Shown piece by piece: positions 1 through 12,700 of a stretch of 64,000 bases of DNA. The notes beneath the pieces were generated by a model that ran no database searches, had not been told where the DNA came from, and saw only the letters and a program-made list of their open reading frames with translations. Source of the DNA: Eledone cirrhosa (lineage: Eukaryota); NCBI GenBank assembly GCA_964016885.1, contig OZ024740.1, forward strand, positions 6,448,001-6,512,000, written 5' to 3'. The translations under genes and the position numbers were made by a program. The stretch's first letter is position 1; each line of letters opens with the position of its first letter.

Positions 1-1738
1 GGGAGAGAGAGAAATTACCCTCAGTAGATCCGATAGAGGAACCAGCTATTGAGATTGATGAATATAGGGTCCAAGAGGCGATTAAGGAAATGAAAAATGG
101 TAAGGCTGCTGGACCGTCGGGGATAGTTGATGAGATACTGAAGGCATCAGGGGACGTAGGCACTAAACTGGTTGCACGCATCATCAATCAGGCTATATAT
201 GGTGGTGTCATACCCAAAGACTGGTGCAGCAGTATTCTCATAAATTGCTACAAAGGTAAAGGGGATGCTCGGGAGAGGAGCAATTATAGGGTTATAAAAC
301 TGATGGATCAGGTTATGAAAGTGGCAGAAAGGATATTAGTACAACTAATTAGAGAAAGGGTCAAATTAGATGAGATGCAGTTTGGTTTTGTGCCTGGGAA
401 GAGTACAACAGATGCCCTCTTCTTGGTGAGACAATTGCAAGAGAGGTTCTTAGAGAAGAATAAGCCACTATACTTAGCCTTTGTTGACCTAGAGAAGGCC
501 TTTGATAGGGTACCCCGATCTGTCATCTGGTGGTCCCTAAGGAAACTAGGTGTTGAGGAATAGCTTGTGAGGACTGCAAACTTTGTACAGAGGTGATGTC
601 AGTAAAGTCAGGGTAGGAATGGAGTTTAGTGAGGAATTCCAGATACAAGTAGGAGTACATCAAGGTTCGGTCCACAGCCCGCTCTTGTTCATTATAGTCC
701 TCCAAGCCATAACAGAGGAGTTTAAGACTGGCTGTCCATGGGAACTTCTCTATGCTGGCGATCTGGTTCTTATAGCAGAATCAGTAGAGGAGCTAGAGAA
801 TAAATTCTGGCTATGGAAACAGCAGTTGGAAGCAAGAGGACTGAGAGTGAACTTAGATAAGACAAAAGTGTTGATGAGTAGAAAAGAGGAGAAAACTCTG
901 ATTCCATCAGGGAAATGGCCATGTTCGATATGCAGAAAAGGAACTGGCATAAATTCTATAAAATGCACACAATGCAGATCCTGGGTACACAAGAGATGTA
1001 GTGGGATAGCAGGCAAACTAACAGGTAGGGAGAAATATGTATGCAGTAGATGTACAGGGAAATTAGACAGTAGAAGTCGCATTGATAGACACATTTTTCA
1101 AATGCAGGCGGGTGCTATAGAAGTGGTGGATAGCTTCTGGTACCTAGGAGATTAGATTAGCATGGGAGGGGGGTGTTCTGAGGCCATAGTATCTAGAATA
1201 AGGACGGATTGGAAGAAGTTTAGGGAGCTGCTTCCTCTGCTGACGAAGAAGGGTTTCTCCCTGTGTACGAAAGGCCGGTTATATGATGCCTGTGTGAGGA
1301 GCACGATGCTGCATGGTAGTGAGACATGGGCAGCAACTGCAGAGGATATGCGATGGCTGGAGAGAAATGAAGCAAGCATCCTCCATTGGATGTGCAATGT
1401 CAATGTACGTGAACGACCCAGCATGAATGTGTTGAGAGAGAAACTGTGTCTGAGAGGGATAGAATGTAGCGTACGGGAGAGGACACTGAGGTGGTATGGA
1501 CATGTGCGTGGAGGATGACCGATGGGTGAAGAAGTGCCAGGAAATGCCATTTGAAGGAAGACGTGGTAGAAGTAGACCACGAAAAACATGGGCGGAGGTG
1601 GTGAGAACAGACCTCAGATCATTGAAGCTAACGGTGGAGATGACGAAGGACCATGACAAGTGGAGAGATGCTGTGCTGAATAAGACCCATCCCACCCTTG
1701 CAAGCAGGGAAAAGCAGACGTAAAATGATGATGATGAT
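1..1738 (+). mobile_element. RTE-clade LINE, 3' part (RT domain, in-frame stops), with PHD-like finger insert and (GAT)n tail
   Basis: RT motifs GKAAGPSG, QFGFVPGKSTTDA, FVDLEKAFDRVPR, GVHQGS, LLYAGDLVL (YADD site), YLG, MLHGSETW, LRWYGHV, GRPRKTW across ORFs 90-563, 583-1155, 1162-1723; ends in taaaatgatgatgatgat. Confidence 0.93.
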
Positions 1739-1748
1739 ATATATATAT

Positions 1749-1795
1749 ATTGTGTAGTGCTCAGGTGCACCACTACTCATCAAAGGTGCATGTAT
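1749..1795 (-). mobile_element. CR1-like LINE extreme 3' end (left piece of a copy split by an RTE insertion)
   Basis: attgtgtagtgctcaggtgcaccactactcatcaaaggtgcatgtat matches the reverse complement of the CR1-like 3' end at 63460-63506 and the copies at 27905 and 42441. Confidence 0.8.
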
Positions 1796-3550
1796 CCTTG
1801 GTTGTCCATCGTAAACGATGATGACATCTTCTTTATTTTAGTTCCCGTCTGCCATTGGCACAAAGGTGGCTGTGGAGCCCGATCTTTGACTTGCAGGTCC
1901 GGGGACAGTGGGGGCAGGGGAAGAGACCGGAGTCGCTTGGGGCAGCTGTTGATGCCTTTCTCCTCCTTTCACTGGCCTCAGTGACCTCTGCCCATCTCTT
2001 CTCTTCAAAAGAGTCTTTGGCACGTCTGGTAAGGGCTCGCCACTCAGACCTGTCCTGAGCATGAGACTCGAGTTGTTTTGGTACGATTCCAGTGTTGTTG
2101 ATACTGGACTTCACGCAGTCTTTGAACCTCTTGAGAGGCCTGCCCCACTTTCGTTTCCCCAAACAGAGTTCCCCATACATCAGTTGCTTCAGAAGCCTGT
2201 AATCGTCTATCCGGATGACATGTCCCACCCATCGAAGTTGACTCTTCAGTATCATAGCTTTGACACTGGTTGTCTCAGCTATGTCAAGAACTTCAAGGTT
2301 GGAACCCACTCCTGCCATTTGATGTTCATGATTGACCGCAGGCTGCGCATGTGGAACTGTTCCAGCTGCTTCAGGTGCCTTCTGTACAGGGTCCATGTCT
2401 CACATCCATAGAGGAGGCTGGTGAGACAACGGCCCTGTACACCTTGAGCTTGGTGGACTGCCTGATGTTGTGCTGGTTCAGGACGCGTGTCCTCAGGCGG
2501 CCGAGTGTTTTGACTGGCCTTGCAGATTCTGGCGTTTATCTTCTTGTCGAGGCTTCCATTGCTGCTGATGACACTGCCGAGGTACTTGAAGTCATCCACC
2601 ATCTTTAGCTGGGTGCCTCCGATGGAGATGGAAGGAGGGTGGGCGATGGAGGCAGGTGCAGGCTGGAACAGGACCTCAGTCTTGCCAAGGCTAATTGTGA
2701 GACCGAAGAGGCAGGAGACCTCCGCAAACTTATTGACGATGACTTGGAGGTCAGACTCCCTGTGGGCCATGAGGGCACAGTCATCAGCAAAAAGTGCCTT
2801 CAGGACGATCCTCTGCACAGTCCTTGTCTTGGCCGTCAGGTGTCGCAGGTCAAACAGGGAGCCGTCCAGTCTGTATTGCAGATACACTCCATGCTTGAGG
2901 TCCCTGATGGCATGATTGAGCACGCAGGTGAAGAACAGGTTTAAGAGGACGGGAGCCAGCACGCATCCTTGCTTGACACCATTAGTGATTTTGAACGGCT
3001 CCGATGCCTCTCCGCCCAAGTGCATCTGCCCGGTCATGTTGTCATGGAATTACCGTATCAGGTTCACGAACTTGGTTGGGCATCCAAACTTCGACAGGAT
3101 CAACCAGAGGGCCTCCCTGCTGACAGTGTCGAAGGCCTTCGTCAAGTCTATGAAGACGGCAAAGAGGTCCATGTTCTGCTCGACACACTTCTCCTGCACC
3201 TGGCGTACAGAGAAGATCATGTCGATCGTGCTGCGGTTTGGGCGGAACCCACACTGGGCCTCAGGCAGGTTGTCCTCCGAGATGTTGGCGATGAGGCGGG
3301 TGAGCATGACTCGACCCAGGACCTTCCCAGCGATGGACAAGAGAGAAATGCCCCGATAGTTGCCACAGTCAGATTTGCTGCCTTTGTTCTTAAAAAGTGA
3401 GACAACTGTGGCATCCCTGAAGTCTTTGGGCACCTCTTCTTCCTCCCATATGCTGATGAGGAGGGTGTGGAAGGCCCCCAGGGCAGCTGGACCGGCCAAC
3501 TTGAAGAACTCGGCAGGAATCCCGTCCTTCCCAGGGGCCTTTCCTGAGTG
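1796..3550 (-). mobile_element. RTE/BovB-like LINE, 5'-truncated, frameshifted, with C-terminal C2H2 finger
   Basis: GKAPGKDGIPAE, NYRGISLLS, QCGFRPNRSTIDMIF, FIDLTKAFDTV, GVKQGCVLAP, LFADDCAL, YGCETW, LRWVGHV, CPHCPRTCKSKIGLHSH in ORFs 3050-3748, 2279-3037, 1833-2396. Confidence 0.93.
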
Positions 3551-3757
3551 TAGTACATAGAATAATGTACAAATGTCAGGAAAGTGAACAGTGTATAAGT
3601 CATGATATACACACATACATGCGAGTGTGTATGGCGGGGGAATATCAGGTGTAGTGTTGACGAATTTCGGGAAACATGGACGTTTTGAAGGATGCAGTGT
3701 TCCAACAGCTAACATCTGATGCAGGTAGTTTGTTCCATGCTTCAGCAACTCTGAACA
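3551..3757 (-). mobile_element. CR1-like LINE 3' fragment (right piece of the split copy)
   Basis: tagtacatagaataatgtacaaatgtcaggaaagtgaacag...gtttgttccatgcttcagcaactctga continues the sequence from 1795 as in the copies at 27950 and 42586. Confidence 0.85.
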
Positions 3758-3774
3758 TGGATGTTATACATAGC

Positions 3775-4045
3775 ATCATCATCATCATTTTTACTCTGTG
3801 TTTTGATTGTTAGATGGGTTGGACATGTTCTCCTCTCTATCACAGTGTCTCACTATGTGCCTCTCCTACTTTGTGAGGTTTAGCCTCTTGAAATCCAGCT
3901 TCATCAATTCTGGCCATAACTTCCTATCTTATACTCTTTTGTAGGTACCTTCTTCCAGAGTTCTCATCTATTAGTCACATCACACATCCAAACCAGTTCA
4001 CTCTTCTCTTTCATACACCATATCTGATTCTTCTCAGCTTTTACT
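3775..4045 (-). mobile_element. Old, degenerate RTE 3' fragment
   Basis: (atc)n tail at the left end and residual similarity to the IRC..ERRLRWYGHVMR region on the minus strand. Confidence 0.5.
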
Positions 4046-4624
4046 ATACATTAGAGTATATAAGTCAGTTAAGCCTCTTCCAGACCCATTGGCTAGCTTT
4101 GGTACTCAGATTTCTAGGGTTTCATAACATTCTGTTTGGGGATTCTTTCACAAGAAATGGATTTCAGGAGGATGTTTTTTTTTGTTTTGTTATAAATTTG
4201 AGGGAACACCCTTGAAAAGTAAAAGGGCAGTGTTCCTCACACCCTAACAGGCCTGACCTCAGCACAAAGGGCACTGTTCCTCACTCCCTAACAAATCTGG
4301 CCCCAGCACAAAAATACATTTTTGTTACAATTTAAGGAATATTTATAATTTATAGCTGGAAATATAAGTTAAATCCCAACTTGCTGCATGTTGCTGTAGG
4401 TTAACTAAACAATAAAAAGAAGCATGAATTGAGAGGCCTTTCACAACAGATACTTAATATATTCTATCTTACAGCAAAACATGACCCACTTCAATTTAAA
4501 TACATTCTATTTCTCTTTCAGCAGAAGAAGGTTCAACTTATTTTTGTTTGGTAATTTTTCTTTTATACATCCAACTACCAGAAATGCTTTCGTGCTCTGG
4601 GTATATAAAATATGATTATTTTAA

Positions 4625-4696
4625 TATATATATATGCCTCAAGTGCTTTCTAGTACACTCAGTCCACATAACATCATATTGATATATACATGTGTG

Positions 4697-4765
<69 letters not shown>

Positions 4766-5070
4766 ATGTGTGTATATATATATGTATGTGTATGTATATA
4801 TACATATATAGATATATATGTGTGTGTATATATATATATATAGATATATATGTGTGTGTGTATATATATAATCTATCTATGTACATGTTACATGTGTGTG
4901 TATATATGTATGTATGTGTATATATATATATATATATATGTATGTGTATGTATATATAGATATATAGATATATGTGTGTGTGTGTGTACATATATATATA
5001 TATAATATATAAATGAAAATAGAGAAATTATATATATATATGGTTGTGTGTGTTTTTATGTATATATATC
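4625..5070. repeat. Compound (TA)n/(TG)n microsatellite
   Basis: Direct reading. Confidence 0.95.
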
Positions 5071-5407
5071 TATGTTACATGTGTGTGTATATACCAACAC
5101 ATGATATTGAGGTAGAGATAACTGTGTGTATAAATTACATAGATTACAATAGCAATGAAATTTTGCATAAAAGCCTCGCTAGAGAAAGAAATAAGTGCAC
5201 ACATTTCACCGCACTGCACCTCCCTGCCACCATATTCCACTACACCAGCACACAGACAATGTTGCAGCCTCCACCATACAAATACTGTAATACAGGAGGG
5301 GGGGGGGGTAATAGGTGCAGATCTGTGTGTACATATAAACACTGCAGAAACATATGAATACAAAATAGTTATATAAAAACAGTAGTGAATTATAGGTGAT
5401 TGCTGAT

Positions 5408-5497
5408 GCATGTGTATATATGTATGTGTATATGCTTATGTATGTATGTGCGCATATGTACAAGGTGTGTATATATATATATACATATATATATATG

Positions 5498-5536
<39 letters not shown>

Positions 5537-5542
5537 ACATAC

Positions 5543-5621
<79 letters not shown>

Positions 5622-5638
5622 CACACACATATATATAT
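5408..5638. repeat. (TA)n/(TACA)n microsatellite
   Basis: Direct reading. Confidence 0.95.
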
Positions 5639-5989
5639 GCAATTATTTCTCATTTGAAACATATGTGTGTTCATTTAGTTCATGCAAATGAGATCAATGT
5701 ATATAAAAAAGAGCAACATGTAGATATATACAGCTACATGTTTTAACTATAGTTACATAACAAGAGAAGATTTTCCCCCAACATTTTACTGCCTCTATAT
5801 TGTTTGTATATAGATTCCTGAAGCTAATCAAACTGTGAATTTCCATTTCAGGATCTTATATCACAGATATCATAGAATACAGCAACAGTGACAAAGTATT
5901 AATGCAGTTGTGATGATTGTGGAAGTGTTGCTAGAGCTACAGTAGAAATAGTTTCTCTAAATATTACTTTTAAAAGGTAACAAATAGAC

Positions 5990-6133
5990 AGTGATGACAA
6001 CATTGCAGAAAAGGCTTACTGCCTTGTGTTATTCAGTCCAGCTCCCTACACTCAGGGTTCAAATCCTGCCAGGGGCAACTGTCTACTCCATATTTTCTTG
6101 AGATCAATAAAAGAATTACTAATGCAGTTCTGA
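5990..6133 (+). mobile_element. Degenerate tRNA-derived SINE, interrupted by a MITE
   Basis: B-box-like gggttcaaatcctgcc at ~6054-6070 followed by decayed SINE body similar to 63560-63640; SINE-like sequence resumes at 6440 (attactgaggtcaat). Confidence 0.5.
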
Positions 6134-6439
6134 CAGGGCTGGATTTAATGGAGGGCAAAGGAGGCAATTGTGCTGGGCCTCCTGCAGTGTGGACCCCACC
6201 AGCGATGGCTGTAGCAATTTATTTGTGCCCTCAACTGGGATTTTTAGTTTTAGGATGGTTAGAATGTCTGAATTTAATACCTGTATGTATAACTCTTCAA
6301 TTCCAATTACTTGAGCCAAGCTAACTTTGTTATGTAAAATTGGAGGGATTGCTGTGTATTCTAATATTTTGTATATGAATGGCCTGCTAAACCTGAAGCA
6401 CCCCCACCCCCACCTACCCCAGGTCTAAATTCAACCCTG
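6134..6439. mobile_element. hAT-like MITE
   Basis: Terminal inverted repeats cagggctggattta / taaattcaaccctg (12/14 match); imperfect 8-bp flanking duplication agttctga / attactga (6/8); no ORF. Confidence 0.65.
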
Positions 6440-6748
6440 ATTACTGAGGTCAATTTCTCACTCTCTTACTGACTTTCTTTCTCTAGAAGAAATCAATTGT
6501 GACCAGACCTTAAAAGAGATGGGTTCCACCGGTTTCAAGTGCCCAAGACACTACAACTCTATCAGGAGTTACAACTCCATACCCCCCCCCCCACCACCAC
6601 ACACACACTTAACAGTTTACCTTATTTGGCCAGGCAATGAAGCCTGTTGCTACATCATGGTTAAAATTAAACACTCTTTCAGTGTTATTGTGTTATAACT
6701 CCCACTTCCTGTTCACTTCTGATCCAGCATGCAGTATTTTATTCAGAC

Positions 6749-9700
6749 AGCACCCAGCACACACTGTAAAGTGGTCGTGTCGGTGTCATGACAAAAAGCA
6801 CCCAGCAGACACTGTAAAGTGGTTGTGTGGGTGTCATGACAAAAAGCACCCACCACACACTGTAAAGTGGTCGTGTGGGTGTCATGACAAAAAGCACCCA
6901 GCACACACTGTAAAGTGGTAGTGTGGGTATCATGACAAAAAGCACCCAGCACACACTGTAAAGTGGTCGTGTGGGTGTCATGACAAGAAGCACCCAGCAC
7001 ACACTGTAAAGTGGTCGTGTGGGTGTCATGACAAAAAGCACCCAGCACACACTGTAAAGTGGTTGTGTGGGTGTCATGACAAAAAGCACCCAGCACACAC
7101 TGTAAAGTGGTTGTGTGGGTGTCATGACAAAAAGCACCCAGCACACACTGTTAAGTGGTTGTGTGGGTGTCATAACAAAAAGCACCCAGCACACACTGTA
7201 ATGTGGTTGTGTGGGTGTCATAACAAAAAGCACCCAGCACACACTGTAAAGTGGTTGTGTGGGTGTCATGACAAAAAGCACCCAGCACACACTGTAAAGT
7301 GGTCGTGTGGGTGTCATAACAAAAAGCACCCAGCACACACTGTAAAGTGGTTGTGTGGGTGTCATGACAAAAAGCACCCAGCACACACTGTAAAGTGGTC
7401 GTGTGGGTGTCATGACAAAAAGCACACAACACACACTGTAAAGTGGTTGTGTGGGTATCATGACAAAAAGCACCCAGTTCTCACTGTAAAATGGTTCTGT
7501 GGGTATCATGACAAAAAGCACCCAGCACACACTGTAAAGTGGTCGTGTGGGTGTCATGACAAAAAGCACCCAGCACACACTGTAAAGTGGTTGTGTGGGT
7601 ATCATGACAAAAAGCACCCAGTTCTCACTGTAAAATGGTTCTGTGGGTATCATGACAAAAAGCACCCAGCAAACACACTGTAAAGTGGTCGTGTGGGTGT
7701 CATGACAAAAAGCACCCAGCACACACTGTAAAGTGGTTGTGTGGGTGTCATGACAAAAAGCACCCAGCACACACTGTAAAGTGGTTGTGTGGGTATCATG
7801 ACAAAAAGCACCCAGCACACACTGTAAAGTGGTCGTGTGGGTATCATGACAAAAAGCACCCAGCACACACTGTAAAGTGGTTGTGTGGGTGTCATGACAA
7901 AAAGCACCCAGCACACACTGTAAAGTGGTCGTGTGGGTGTCATGACAAAAAGCACCCAGCACACACTGTAAAGTGGTTGTGTGGGTGTCATGACAAAAAG
8001 CACCCAGCACACACTGTAAAGTGGTCGTGTGGGTGTCATGACAAAAAGCACACAACACACACTGTAAAGTGGTTGTGTGGGTATCATGACAAAAAGCACC
8101 CAGCACACACTGTAAAGTGGTTGTGTGGGTATCATGACAAAAAGCACCCAGTTCTCACTGTAAAATGGTTCTGTGGGTATCATGACAAAAAGCACCCAGC
8201 ACACACTGTAAAGTGGTCGTGTGGGTGTCATGACAAAAAGCACCCAGCACACACTGTAAAGTGGTTGTGTGGGTGTCATGACAAAAAGCACCCAGCACAC
8301 ACTGTAAAGTGGTTGTGTGTGTATCATGACAAAAAGCACCCAGCACACACTGTAAAGTGGTCGTGTGGGTATCATGACAAAAAGCACCCAGCACACACTG
8401 TAAAGTGGTCGTGTGGGTGTCATGACAAAAAGCACCCAGCACACACTGTAAAATGGTTGTGTGGGTGTCATGACAAAAAGCACCCAGCACACACTGTAAA
8501 GTGGTTGTGTGGGTATCATGACAAAAAGCACACAACACACACTGTAAAGTGGTTGTGTGGGTGTCATGACAAAAAGCACCCAGCACACACTGTAATGTGG
8601 TTGTGTGGGTGTCATAACAAAAAGCACCCAGCACACACTGTAAAGTCGTTGTGTGGGTGTCATGACAAAAAGCACCCAGCACACACTGTAAAGTGGTTGT
8701 GTGGGTATCATGACAAAAAGCACCCAGCACACACTGTAAAGTGGTTGTGTGGATGACATGACAAAAAGCACCCAGCACACACTGTAAAGTGGTCATGTGG
8801 GTGTCATGACAAAAAGCACCCAGCACACACTGTAAAGTGGTCGTGTGGGTGTCATGACAAAAAGCACCCAGCACACACTGTATAGTGGTTGTGTGGGTGT
8901 CATGAAAAAAAGCACCCTGTTCTCACTGTAAAATGGTCGTGTGGGTGTCATGACAAAAAGCACCCAGCACACACTGTAAAGTGGTTGTGTGGGTGTCATG
9001 ACAAAAAGCACCCAGCACACACTGTAAAGTGGTTGTGTGGGTGTCATAACAAAAAGCACCCAGCACACACTGTAATGTGGTTGTGTGGGTGTCATAACAA
9101 AAAGCACCCAGCACACACTGTAAAGTGGTTGTGTGGGTGTCATGACAAAAAGCACCCAGCACACACTGTAAAGTGGTCGTGTGGGTGTCATGACAAAAAG
9201 CACCCAGCACACACTGTAAAGTGGTCGTGTGGGTGTCATGACAAAAAGCACCCAGCACACACTGTAAAGTGGTTGTGTGGGTGTCATAACAAAAAGCACC
9301 CAGCACACACTGTAAAGTGGTTGTGTGGGTGTCATGACAAAAAGCACCCAGTTCTCACTGTAAAATGGTTGTGTGGGTGTCATGCAAAAAGCACCCAGCA
9401 CACACTGTAAAGTGGTCGTGTGGGTGTCATGACAAAAAGCACCCAGCACACACTGTAAAGTGGTTTTGTGGGTGTCATGACAAAAAGCACCCAGTTCTCA
9501 CGGTAAAATGGTTGTGTGGGTATCATGACAAAAAGCACCCAGCACACACTGTAAAGTGGTCGTGTGGGTGTCATGACAAAAAGCACCCAGCACACACTGT
9601 AAAGTGGTCGTGTGGGTGTCATGACAAAAAGCACCCAGCACACACTGTAAAGTGGTCGTGTGGGTGTCATGACAAAAAGCACCCAGCACACACTGTAAAG

Positions 9701-12700
9701 TGGTTGTGTGGGTGTCATGACAAAAAGCACCCAGCACACACTGTAAAGTGGCTGTGTGGGTGTCATAACAAAAAGCACCCAGCACACACTGTAATGTGGT
9801 TGTGTGGGTATCATAACAAAAAGCACCCAGCACACACTGTAAAGTGGTCGTGTGGGTGTCATAACAAAAAGCACCCAGCACACACTGTAAAGTGGTTGTG
9901 TGGGTTTCATGACAAAAAGCACCCAGCACACACTGTAAAGTGGTCGTGTGGGTGTCATAACAAAAAGCACACAACACACACTGTAAAGTGGTTGTGTGGG
10001 TATCATGACAAAAAGCACCCAGTTCTCACTGTAAAATGGTTCTGTGGGTATCATGACAAAAAGCACCCAGCACACACTGTAAAGTGGTCGTGTGGGTGTC
10101 ATGACAAAAAGCACCCAGCACACACTGTAAAGTGGTTGTGTGGGTGTCATGACAAAAAGCACCCAGCACACACTGTAAAGTGGTTGTGTGGGTATCATGA
10201 CAAAAAGCACCCAGCACACACTGTAAAGTGGTCGTGTGGGTATCATGACAAAAAGCACCCAGCACACACTGTAAAGTGGTTGTGTGGGTGTCATGACAAA
10301 AAGCACCCAGCACACACTGTAAAGTGGTCGTGTGGGTGTCATGACAAAAAGCACCCAGCACACACTGTAAAGTGGTTGTGTGGGTGTCATGACAAAAAGC
10401 ACCCAGCACACACTGTAAAGTGGTCGTGGCGGTGTCATGACAAAAAGCACACAACACACACTGTAAAGTCGTTGTGTGGGTATCATGACAAAAAGCACCC
10501 AGTTCTCACTGTAAAATGGTTCTGTGGGTATCATGACAAAAAGCACCCAGCACACACTGTAAAGTGGTCGTGTGGGTGTCATGACAAAAAGCACCCAGCA
10601 CACACTGTAAAGTGGTTGTGTGGGTGTCATGACAAAAAGCACCCAGCACACACTGTAAAGTGGTTGTGTGGGTATCATGACAAAAAGCACCCAGCACACA
10701 CTGTAAAGTGGTCGTGTGGGTATCATGACAAAAAGCACCCAGCACACACTGTAAAGTGGTTGTGTGGGTGTCATGACAAAAAGCACCCAGCACACACTGT
10801 AAAGTGGTCATGTGGGTGTCATGACAAAAAGCACCCAGCACACACTGTAAAGTGGTCGTGTGGGTGTCATGACAAAAAGCACCCAGCACACACTGTATAG
10901 TGGTTGTGTGGGTGTCATGAAAAAAAGCACCCAGTTCTCACTGTAAAATGGTCGTGTGGGTGTCATGACAAAAAGCACCCAGCACACACTGTAAAGTGGT
11001 TGTGTGGGTGTCATGACAAAAAGCACCCAGCACACACTGTAAAGTGGTTGTGTGGGTGTCATAACAAAAAGCACCCAGCACACACTGTAATGTGGTTGTG
11101 TGGGTGTCATAACAAAAAGCACCCAGCACACACTGTAAAGTGGTTGTGTGGGTGTCATGACAAAAAGCACCCAGCACACACTGTAAAGTGGTCGTGTGGG
11201 TGTCATGACAAAAAGCACCCAGCACACACTGTAAAGTGGTCGTGTGGGTGTCATGACAAAAAGCACCCAGCACACACTGTAAAGTGGTTGTGTGGGTGTC
11301 ATAACAAAAAGCACCCAGCACACACTGTAAAGTGGTTGTGTGGGTGTCATGACAAAAAGCACCCAGTTCTCACTGTAAAATGGTTGTGTGGGTGTCATGC
11401 AAAAAGCACCCAGCACACACTGTAAAGTGGTCGTGTGGGTGTCATGACAAAAAGCACCCAGCACACACTGTAAAGTGGTTTTGTAGGTGTCATGACAAAA
11501 AGCACCCAGTTCTCACGGTAAAATGGTTGTGTGGGTATCATGACAAAAAGCACCCAGCAGACACTGTAAAGTGGTCGTGTGGGTGTCATGACAAAAAGCA
11601 CCCAGCACACACTGTAAAGTGGTCGTGTGGGTGTCATGACAAAAAGCACCCAGCACACACTGTAAAGTGGTCGTGTGGGTGTCATGACAAAAAGCACCCA
11701 GCACACACTGTAAAGTGGTTGTGTGGGTGTCATGACAAAAAGCACCCAGCACACACTGTAAAGTGGCTGTGTGGGTGTCATAACAAAAAGCACCCAGCAC
11801 ACACTGTAATGTGGTTGTGTGGGTATCATAACAAAAAGCACCCAGCACACACTGTAAAGTGGTCGTGTGGGTGTCATAACAAAAAGCACCCAGCACACAC
11901 TGTAAAGTGGTTGTGTGGGTTTCATGACAAAAAGCACCCAGCACACACTGTAAAGTGGTCGTGTGGGTGTCATAACAAAAAGCACACAACACACGCTGTA
12001 AAGTGGTTGTGTGGGTATCATGACAAAAAGCACCCAGTTCTCACTGTAAAATGGTTCTGTGGGTATCATGACAAAAAGCACCCAGCACACACTGTAAAGT
12101 GGTCGTGTGGGTGTCATGACAAAAAGCACCCAGCACACACTGTAAAGTGGTTGTGTGGGTGTCATGACAAAAAGCACCCAGCACACACTGTAAAGTGGTT
12201 GTGTGGGTATCATGACAAAAAGCACCCAGCACACACTGTAAAGTGGTCGTGTGGGTATCATGACAAAAAGCACCCAGCACACACTGTAAAGTGGTTGTGT
12301 GGGTGTCATGACAAAAAGCACCCAGCACACACTGTAAAGTGGTCGTGTGGGTGTCATGACAAAAAGCACCCAGCACACACTGTAAAGTGGTTGTGTGGGT
12401 GTCATGACAAAAAGCACCCAGCACACACTGTAAAGTGGTCGTGGCGGTGTCATGACAAAAAGCACACAACACACACTGTAAAGTCGTTGTGTGGGTATCA
12501 TGACAAAAAGCACCCAGCTCTCACTGTAAAATGGTTCTGTGGGTATCATGACAAAAAGCACCCAGCACACACTGTAAAGTGGTCGTGTGGGTGTCATGAC
12601 AAAAAGCACCCAGCACACACTGTAAAGTGGTTGTGTGGGTGTCATGACAAAAAGCACCCAGCACACACTGTAAAGTGGTTGTGTGGGTATCATGACAAAA

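Noticed and set aside
4222-4311. Two-copy ~43-bp direct repeat (aaagggca.tgttcctcac.ccctaaca...cagcacaaa)
   Set aside because: Isolated, diverged local duplication with no further structure.
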